This document shows positions 28,706 to 35,305 of a DNA stretch of 35,305 nt, one piece after another. Location: positions 1 through 35,305 of IMG/VR virus record IMGVR_UViG_3300012952_000054; one strand, 5' to 3'. Made by a program: the position numbers and the translations under genes. The stretch comes from a virus (taxonomy: Duplodnaviria; Caudoviricetes). How positions within the stretch are numbered: position 1 is the stretch's first letter; each line of letters starts with the position of its first letter. The notes below the pieces were generated by a model that worked only from the letters and a program-made list of their open reading frames with translations, did not search any database and was not told where the DNA came from.

Positions 28706-29565
28706 TGGCAAAACCGAGTACTAGGCAAGGATTGGTTGATTATTGTTTAAGACAATTAGGAGCACCAGTATTAGAAGTTAATGTTGATGATGATCAATTA
28801 GATGATTTAGTAGATGATGCTATTCAATTATTTAATGAGCGTCATTTTGATGGTGTTGAAAGAATGTATCTTAAATATAAATTAACTCAAGATGATATTG
28901 ATAGGGGAAAGGCAAATAATAAAGATGGTAGTGCAAATACTGTTGGTATTGTAACTACTACTGGGACTTCTACCAATGTAAGTGGTTTAGGGACTGTTAC
29001 CTCTAATTGGTATGAATCTTCTAATTTTATTCAAGTTCCAGATTCTGTAGTTGGTATAGAAAAAATATTTAAGTTTGATACTAGTGCTATTTCTAATGGT
29101 ATGTTTAGTGTTAAATATCAATTATTTTTAAATGATGTTGCCTTTAATCTCGGATATAATGGTCTTTTGAGTTATTCAATGACAAAATCATATCTAGAAG
29201 ATATTGATATGATGTTAACTACAGATAAGCAAGTTAGATATAATAAAAGGCAAGATAGATTATATTTAGATATTGATTGGGGAAGTGAAAATGCAGATAC
29301 TTTTATAATTTTAGATTGTTATAGAGCATTAGATCCAAATACTTTTACTGGTGTTTATAATGATACATTCTTGAAAAAATATCTTACTATTTTAATTAAG
29401 AGACAATGGGGTTTAAATATGATGAAATTTACAGGAACAAAACTTCCAGGTGGGGTAGAATTAAATGGTAGACAATATTATGAAGATGCTGAAAGAGAAT
29501 TGGAAGATATTAAGCAAAGAATGTCTTTAGAATATGAATTACCACCTTTGGATCTTATAGGTTGA
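28705..29565 (+). CDS. gp13: Neck protein gp13
   Basis: DYCLRQLGAPVLEVNVDDDQ.DD, KRQWG.N..KF.G..LPGGVELNG. Confidence 0.95.
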   Translation: MAKPSTRQGLVDYCLRQLGAPVLEVNVDDDQLDDLVDDAIQLFNERHFDGVERMYLKYKLTQDDIDRGKANNKDGSANTVGIVTTTGTSTNVSGLGTVTSNWYESSNFIQVPDSVVGIEKIFKFDTSAISNGMFSVKYQLFLNDVAFNLGYNGLLSYSMTKSYLEDIDMMLTTDKQVRYNKRQDRLYLDIDWGSENADTFIILDCYRALDPNTFTGVYNDTFLKKYLTILIKRQWGLNMMKFTGTKLPGGVELNGRQYYEDAERELEDIKQRMSLEYELPPLDLIG

Positions 29566-29571
29566 TAAAAT

Positions 29572-31011
29572 ATGGCATTAAATTCTTATTTTTTACAGGG
29601 ATCTAAGGGTGAGCAATTTTTATTGCAAGATCTAATTAATGAACAATTAACAATATATGGGGTAGAAGTATATTATCTACCTAGAAAAATATTTAAAACT
29701 GATAATATTATTAAAGAAGTTCAATCATCTAAATTTGATGATTCTTTTTTAATTGAGGCATATTTAAATAATTATGAAGGATATAATCCAAATAGTGATG
29801 TTTTAAGTAAATTTGGTTTAAGATTAACAAATGAGGTTAGTCTTACAATTTCTCGTGAAAGATATGAAGAGTTTATTGCACCATTTTTGGAAGGTATAAG
29901 TTCTGGTATTAAAGAAGGTGCTATTACAGAATATACATTTGAAGATTTAATTACTAGACCAAAAGAAGGAGATTTGATATACTTCCCACTTGGAGAAAGA
30001 TTATTTGAAATTAAAAGAGTTGAGTCTGAAAAACCATTTTACCAATTAGGTAAAAATTATGTTTATGAATTAAATTGTGAACTTTATGAATATGAAAATG
30101 AACTTATTGATACTACTATTGAGGAAGTTGATAATACTGTAGAAGATGAAGGATATATAACTCAATTAAATTTAGTTGGAGCTGCAATTACTGCTATTGG
30201 TCAAGCAACAGTAGGACCATCTGGAATGATTGGATTTATAGATCTAATAAATGATGGTTCTGGATATGTTTCTGCACCAACTATTGAAATATCTCCACCC
30301 CCAAATTTCCCAGTATCAGGATCTAGAGCTAGTGCAGTAGCAATAACAACATCAATTGGTGGTGTTAGGTCTCTTAAAGAGATATTATTAACTAATCCAG
30401 GATCTGGATATAATTTAGATACACCTCCACTTATTATTATCAATGGTGGAGGCGGTGCAGGTGCTGCTGTTACGTTTGGAATAATTGATTCTGGTATTAG
30501 TTCTGTTACTTTATCTGAAAGTGGTAGAGGGTATAATGAGATGCCAACAATTGTAACTACTGGTATTACTACAGGATCTACTGCAGAATTGAGACCAGTT
30601 ATATCTGCAGGAAAAATTGTTACTGTTAGATATAAGAATGTTGGATCTGGATATGCTGGTAATGTATCTCCTGTAACAATTTCAGGTTTGACAACAACGG
30701 GAATAGGTACATTCATATATAATGAAATAGTTACAGGTGATACTTCTGGTGTTACTGCAAGGGTTAAAGATTTCAATAGAAGAGTTGATTTAAGTCCTTC
30801 CTTCCCACCAATTGAACTTAGAGTTTCATTAAATAGTGGAGCATTCTATCCAGGAGAAGTTGTTGTTGGGGGAATATCATCTGCTAGATATATTGTAGAA
30901 TCTTACAATACAGATAGTTTTGATGACCCATACGATGCTAATTCTGAAATAGAATTAGAAGCAGATAACTTACTTGACTTTACAGAAGGCAACCCATTTG
31001 GAGATTATTGA
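29572..31011 (+). CDS. gp14: Neck protein gp14 with inserted GxGY repeats
   Basis: LINEQL..YGVEVYYLPR, SKFGL, RPKEGDLIYFP, PFYQLGK.YVY.L.CELYEY, terminal DFTEGNPFG. Confidence 0.93.
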   Translation: MALNSYFLQGSKGEQFLLQDLINEQLTIYGVEVYYLPRKIFKTDNIIKEVQSSKFDDSFLIEAYLNNYEGYNPNSDVLSKFGLRLTNEVSLTISRERYEEFIAPFLEGISSGIKEGAITEYTFEDLITRPKEGDLIYFPLGERLFEIKRVESEKPFYQLGKNYVYELNCELYEYENELIDTTIEEVDNTVEDEGYITQLNLVGAAITAIGQATVGPSGMIGFIDLINDGSGYVSAPTIEISPPPNFPVSGSRASAVAITTSIGGVRSLKEILLTNPGSGYNLDTPPLIIINGGGGAGAAVTFGIIDSGISSVTLSESGRGYNEMPTIVTTGITTGSTAELRPVISAGKIVTVRYKNVGSGYAGNVSPVTISGLTTTGIGTFIYNEIVTGDTSGVTARVKDFNRRVDLSPSFPPIELRVSLNSGAFYPGEVVVGGISSARYIVESYNTDSFDDPYDANSEIELEADNLLDFTEGNPFGDY

Positions 31012-32054
31012 TGTTAGGCACTTATTATTACCACGAAATTATTCGTAAAACCATTATTGGTTTTGGTACTTTATTTAATAATATTTTTATTAAACATGAA
31101 GGTATTGACGACAGTACTTTGGATGAAACCAAAGTTGGATTAGCATATGGTCCACAGCAGAAGTTCTTTTCAAAGATTAGAGAACAAGCTAATTTAACAA
31201 AAGCAGTTGCAATAACTTTACCAAGAATGTCATTTGAAATGACTTCTGTTCAGTATGACCCAACAAGAAAATCTGGTATAACTCAAACATTTAAAGCATC
31301 AGATGGAACAAACTTAAAGAAAGTTTTTATGCCTGTTCCATATAATATTGGATTTGAGTTAAGTATATTTTCAAAATTAAATGATGATGCATTACAAATT
31401 CTTGAACAGATATTACCATACTTTCAACCATCTTTTAATATTACCGTTAATTTAGTTAAGGCTATTGGAGAGAAAAGAGATATACCAATTGTTTTAGATA
31501 ATATTTCATTTAGAGATGAATATGAAGGAGATTTTACTACAAGAACTGCATTAATATACACTCTACAATTCACAGCAAAAACATACTTATTTGGTCCTGT
31601 TGCTGATACTAGTGATGGAATAATCAAGAAAGTTCAAGTTGATTATGCTGCTGATACTGCTGTAACAGCAAAACGTCAAGTTAGATATGTTGCTACTCCA
31701 AAGGCACTTAAGGATTATAATAATGATCAAACAACTACATTAAAAGAAGATCTTACAACAACTGAAACTAGGATTACTGTTAATGATACAACATTCATAT
31801 CACCTAAAGATAGAATAGTAATTGATAGCGAAATTATGAGTATTGTAAGTGTAGAAGATTCTGCTACTATTATTGTTAAGAGAGGTTTTGATAGTTCAAT
31901 TGCTGCAAAACATATTTCTTCTACAACAATTAATAAATTAACAACTGCAGATGATGCTTTAGTAGAACCTGGTGATGATTTTGGATTTAATGAATTTGAT
32001 TCATTCTTTGAAGATGGATTGTCATATAGTCCAACTAAACAAACTGACGTATAA
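31011..32054 (+). CDS. gp15: Tail sheath stabiliser/terminator gp15 (start revised to ATG 31011)
   Basis: YYYHEIIRKTIIGFGTLFNNI, LPRMSFE, PVPYNIGFEL, QILEQILPYFQP; TGATG overlap with the gp14 stop. Confidence 0.95.
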   Translation: MLGTYYYHEIIRKTIIGFGTLFNNIFIKHEGIDDSTLDETKVGLAYGPQQKFFSKIREQANLTKAVAITLPRMSFEMTSVQYDPTRKSGITQTFKASDGTNLKKVFMPVPYNIGFELSIFSKLNDDALQILEQILPYFQPSFNITVNLVKAIGEKRDIPIVLDNISFRDEYEGDFTTRTALIYTLQFTAKTYLFGPVADTSDGIIKKVQVDYAADTAVTAKRQVRYVATPKALKDYNNDQTTTLKEDLTTTETRITVNDTTFISPKDRIVIDSEIMSIVSVEDSATIIVKRGFDSSIAAKHISSTTINKLTTADDALVEPGDDFGFNEFDSFFEDGLSYSPTKQTDV

Positions 32055-32062
32055 TTAATGCC

Positions 32063-32500
32063 ATGTCTAGTTATGATCCTATAGATGAAGCACTAAACAC
32101 TACTAGTGCTATTGAAGTGAGTACCACACCAGAAAATGGATGTGTTACACGAAAAGATAGTACAAAGAATGTTACAGATGATGTTGAAAAAGACTATGAG
32201 TACACTCGTGCTAACTTATATTCTCTGATTGAGAAAGGGCAAGAATCCCTCAACGGTATTATGGAATTGGCAGGTGAAAGTGCAAGTCCAAGAGCATATG
32301 AAGTTGCAGGGCAGATTATTAAGTCTGTTGCTGATACAACTGATAAATTAATGGAACTGCAGAAAAAGATTAAAGAAGTTGATGAAGATAAAGTAAAAAC
32401 TACAAACAATGTAACTAACAATGCAGTGTTTGTTGGTTCTACTAGTGACTTATCAAAGATGATTAAACAACAATTCCTAAATAATAGTAACAAAGAGTAG
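32063..32500 (+). CDS. gp16: Terminase small subunit gp16
   Basis: DYEYTRANLYSLIEKGQE, SPRAYEVAGQIIK, NNAVFVGSTSDL. Confidence 0.93.
   Translation: MSSYDPIDEALNTTSAIEVSTTPENGCVTRKDSTKNVTDDVEKDYEYTRANLYSLIEKGQESLNGIMELAGESASPRAYEVAGQIIKSVADTTDKLMELQKKIKEVDEDKVKTTNNVTNNAVFVGSTSDLSKMIKQQFLNNSNKE
32476..32483 (+). promoter_or_regulatory. Probable late promoter variant CCTAAATA
   Basis: TAAATA core 21 nt upstream of the GTG start at 32505, at the same spacing as the exact TATAAATA sites. Confidence 0.55.
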
Positions 32501-32504
32501 TAAA

Positions 32505-34061
32505 GTGGATTTAGCTCAAAGAAGACAACAACTTAAATTAAGACAAGTTGAAAAGGTTAAGAAGTTTAGGCAGTCTAACCAGTCTTCTTCTGATGCAATC
32601 GAAAAGCAAAATGACAGAGAGCAAATGAAAAAGGAAATTAAACAGGAGTTAAGTCAAGAATCTATTAATATTGAGAACTCTGATGGAACAATTTTTGCTA
32701 GAGTTATGGATATCATTGGTCCTACTCATATGAGACCTGTTGTTTCTGGTGGACTATGGAAAGGTACTGAGCAAATTAGTGAAAAGAAATCTGATTGTGA
32801 ATGTGATGATTGTGGACAAGATCCTTGTATAGAATGTGGTGAAAGTCATCATAGTGTTAAGGAAGCAAAAGTAGAAGCAGGTCGTTCTGATTATGGTAAG
32901 GCATCAGTAAGAAACAAAAGAAAGTTTGGTAGAGAGGGAAAACCTGCTGTATTTGATCTTCCTTTTTCTGGTGGACCTAGTGATAGAGGTAAGATGATTG
33001 ATTCAAGAAGAGCAGAGCATAAGGCAAAGCGTGGTCTTAAGACAAAAGGTGTTAAGGAGCAGATGGAAAAGGATAATGGTGTTGATGATCAACAACAAAA
33101 TGGTCTTGATGATCAACAACAAAAACAAATTGATGCTAAACAAAAGAAAGCAGATCAGATAAAGAAACAAGTTTTACTTAAAAAATTACAAGCAGTAAGA
33201 CAAGGTGGTGGTAGTGAGATAATGGCATCCTATGATTGGAAATCTGATAAAAGTATGAGGATTAATAAAATTGCAGAGGGTTCTTTACATAAGTGGTTTA
33301 AGGGTTCTAAGTCTAAAGATGGTAAAGGTGGATGGGTTAATGTAACTACAGGTGGAACCTGTGCTAGTGATGAACCTGGAGAGGGAACACCTAAGTGCGT
33401 GTCTTCTTCTAAGAGAGCAAGTATGACTAAGGCAGAGAGAGAATCTGCATCAAGAAGAAAGAAAGAAGCAGATCCTGGTCAACAATCTAAGTCTGGTGCA
33501 GCAAAACCAACTTATGTTGCTACTGATAAGAAGAAAAAAGATGTAAATGAAAAATGTTGGGATGGTTATACTCAGAAAGGAATGAAGAAGAAAGGAAAGA
33601 AAGTGGTTCCTAATTGTGTTAAAGAAGAAGATGTAAAAGGAAAGGGTAGTGGTAAGAAAGATGCCTGTTATAAGAAAGTAAAAGCAAGTGCGAAGGTCTG
33701 GCCTTCTGCATATGCATCAGGTAGATTAGTTCAGTGTCGTAAGAAAGGTGCTGCAAACTATGGTAAGAGTAAGAGTGAATCATACTCTTGGAGAGATGAA
33801 CTTGATTATGTAAAGGAAGGTGCTGCATGGACTAAGAAAGCAGGAAAGAATAAAGAAGGTGGATTAAATGAGAAAGGTAGAAAATCTTATGAACGTGAGA
33901 ATCCTGGTTCTGATTTAAAAGCACCACAACCTGAAGGTGGTTCTAGGAAGAAATCATTCTGTGCTAGAATGGGTGGAATGAAAAAGAAACTTACCAGTTC
34001 TAAGACTGCAAATGATCCAGATTCAAGGATTAATAAAGCACTTAGAAAGTGGAAGTGCTAA
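32505..34061 (+). CDS. Modular Lys-rich protein, 518 aa; candidate protease-processed internal head polyprotein
   Basis: Long ORF filling the gp16-gp17 gap. Distinct modules (Cys/His cluster, Q-rich coil, KWFKG..GGWV, CWDGY..PNCV, DACY..WPSAYASG, AW.KK.GKN..GGLN..FCARM) are separated by [VI]-x-E. Confidence 0.8.
   Translation: MDLAQRRQQLKLRQVEKVKKFRQSNQSSSDAIEKQNDREQMKKEIKQELSQESINIENSDGTIFARVMDIIGPTHMRPVVSGGLWKGTEQISEKKSDCECDDCGQDPCIECGESHHSVKEAKVEAGRSDYGKASVRNKRKFGREGKPAVFDLPFSGGPSDRGKMIDSRRAEHKAKRGLKTKGVKEQMEKDNGVDDQQQNGLDDQQQKQIDAKQKKADQIKKQVLLKKLQAVRQGGGSEIMASYDWKSDKSMRINKIAEGSLHKWFKGSKSKDGKGGWVNVTTGGTCASDEPGEGTPKCVSSSKRASMTKAERESASRRKKEADPGQQSKSGAAKPTYVATDKKKKDVNEKCWDGYTQKGMKKKGKKVVPNCVKEEDVKGKGSGKKDACYKKVKASAKVWPSAYASGRLVQCRKKGAANYGKSKSESYSWRDELDYVKEGAAWTKKAGKNKEGGLNEKGRKSYERENPGSDLKAPQPEGGSRKKSFCARMGGMKKKLTSSKTANDPDSRINKALRKWKC
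33075..33122 (+). repeat. 24-bp in-frame tandem duplication with 1 mismatch
   Basis: AATGGTGTTGATGATCAACAACAA / AATGGTCTTGATGATCAACAACAA, encoding NGVDDQQQ NGLDDQQQ. Confidence 0.9.
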
Positions 34062-34067
34062 TATCCT

Positions 34068-35305
34068 ATGTCTGATAATGTATACCTTGGTAATCCCAAT
34101 CTAAAAAAAGCAAATACTCCTATACAATTTTCTCAGGATAATATTCTTGAGTTTTTGAAGTGTAAAGATGATCCTGTATATTTTGCTAGAAAGTATATAA
34201 AAATAGTCTCTCTTGATGAGGGACTTGTTTCTTTTAATATGTACGATTTCCAAGAGAAATTGATTAGAAGATTCCATGAGAATAGATTTAATATCTGTAA
34301 GATGCCTCGACAGACAGGTAAATCTACAACTTGTATATCATATCTTTTACACTATGCAGTTTTCAATGATAATGTCAACATTGCTGTTCTGGCGAACAAA
34401 GCCTCCACTGCTAGAGATCTACTTGGCAGATTACAACTTGCATATGAAAATTTACCTTCATGGATGCAGCAAGGTATAATATCTTGGAATAAAGGTTCAT
34501 TAGAATTAGAGAACGGGTCAAAGATATCAGCAAACTCCACTTCATCATCTGCTGTTCGTGGTGGTTCTTACAACGTTATATTCCTTGATGAGTTTGCATT
34601 CATTCCAAATCATATTGCAGATGATTTCTTTGCATCGGTTTATCCTACAATTACTTCTGGACAATCCACTAAAGTTATTATAGTTTCAACCCCACGGGGT
34701 ATGAATCATTTTTATCGTATGTGGCACGATAGTGAAAAAGGTAAGAGTGAATATGTTCCTACCGATGTTCATTGGAGTGAAGTTCCTGGTAGAGATTCTG
34801 TATGGAAAGAACAGACTATTGCAAATACATCTGAACAACAGTTTAAGATTGAGTTTGAGTGCGAGTTCTTAGGTTCTGTTAATACTCTTATTAGTGCTGC
34901 AAAACTTAGAAATTTAGTATATGAAGCACCTATTAAAAAAAATGCTGGTCTTGATATTTACGAACAACCAGAACTAGAACATAATTATATAATTACTGTA
35001 GATGTTGCCAGAGGACTTGGTAATGATTATTCCGCATTTATAGTTTTTGACACTACAGAATATCCTTATAAGGTAGTAGCAAAGTATAGGAATAATGAAA
35101 TTAAACCAATGTTATTCCCAAATATTATTTTGGATGTAGCAAAAGGATACAATCAAGCATATCTATTAATAGAAGTTAATGATATAGGAGATCAAGTCGC
35201 AAGTATTCTTCAGTATGATTTGGAGTATGAAAATGTTTTGATGGCATCCATGAGAGGAAGAAATGGGCAGATTGTTGGTCAAGGATTCTCTGGTAAAAAA
35301 ACTCA
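34068..35305 (+). CDS. gp17: Terminase large subunit gp17, truncated at the right edge (not in ORF track)
   Basis: MSDNVYLGNPNLKKAN; Walker A MPRQTGKSTT, Walker B VIFLDEFAF, IVSTPRG, QFKIEFECEFLGS, nuclease TVDVARG; open to the window end. Confidence 0.97.
   Translation, partial: MSDNVYLGNPNLKKANTPIQFSQDNILEFLKCKDDPVYFARKYIKIVSLDEGLVSFNMYDFQEKLIRRFHENRFNICKMPRQTGKSTTCISYLLHYAVFNDNVNIAVLANKASTARDLLGRLQLAYENLPSWMQQGIISWNKGSLELENGSKISANSTSSSAVRGGSYNVIFLDEFAFIPNHIADDFFASVYPTITSGQSTKVIIVSTPRGMNHFYRMWHDSEKGKSEYVPTDVHWSEVPGRDSVWKEQTIANTSEQQFKIEFECEFLGSVNTLISAAKLRNLVYEAPIKKNAGLDIYEQPELEHNYIITVDVARGLGNDYSAFIVFDTTEYPYKVVAKYRNNEIKPMLFPNIILDVAKGYNQAYLLIEVNDIGDQVASILQYDLEYENVLMASMRGRNGQIVGQGFSGKKT

Noticed and set aside
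30201-30776. 191-aa minus-strand ORF, and similar ones at 3984-4172, 9950-10177, 10373-10654, 11831-12190, 16232-16522, 25271-25531 and 27694-28086
   Set aside because: Antisense shadows of Gly/Thr/Val-rich + strand genes. The Pro/Val/Ile-rich translations mirror GGT/ACT/AAT codons, and I saw no family motifs.
34068-35305. Possible intein or intron in the terminase large subunit
   Set aside because: The visible part reads continuously through Walker A, Walker B and the first nuclease Asp at ordinary spacing. The 3' end is outside the window.
1-35305. CRISPR array, tRNA, DGR, integrase or transposase
   Set aside because: I found no regularly spaced repeat-spacer units, cloverleaf, or reverse transcriptase/recombinase motifs, and intergenic gaps are short. 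This was by eye only.

Overview
This 35.3-kb window is from an AT-rich T4-like myovirus, most consistent with a marine cyanophage (Kyanoviridae; Prochlorococcus/Synechococcus-phage gene order). All credible genes are on the + strand. (i) About 1-830 is the GC-richer end of an early-type region with two ORFs, a hairpin promoter and a structured non-coding junction. (ii) About 890-2700 holds small genes, three of them missed by the ORF track (an AbrB/MazE-like protein, a 55-aa ORF and a 48-aa basic protein), around a GT-A glycosyltransferase with a consensus sigma70 promoter. (iii) From 2745 to the end is the late structural/packaging module with TATAAATA-type promoters: gp25, gp6, giant gp7-like (4302 aa), gp8, VrlC-like (2411 aa), two small proteins, a short fibre, gp13, gp14, gp15, gp16, a 518-aa modular protein and gp17 (truncated). 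The top candidate for new biology is the 518-aa protein between the terminase genes. It reads as a polyprotein of cationic modules separated by prohead-protease-like [VI]-x-E sites, and each of its last four modules has exactly one Cys pair. Also notable are a pervasive G-[ILV]-[GSTA]-T motif in outer virion proteins next to a glycosyltransferase, and a gene cassette flanked by a duplicated RBS. Family assignments come from motif recognition and synteny; no database search was run.
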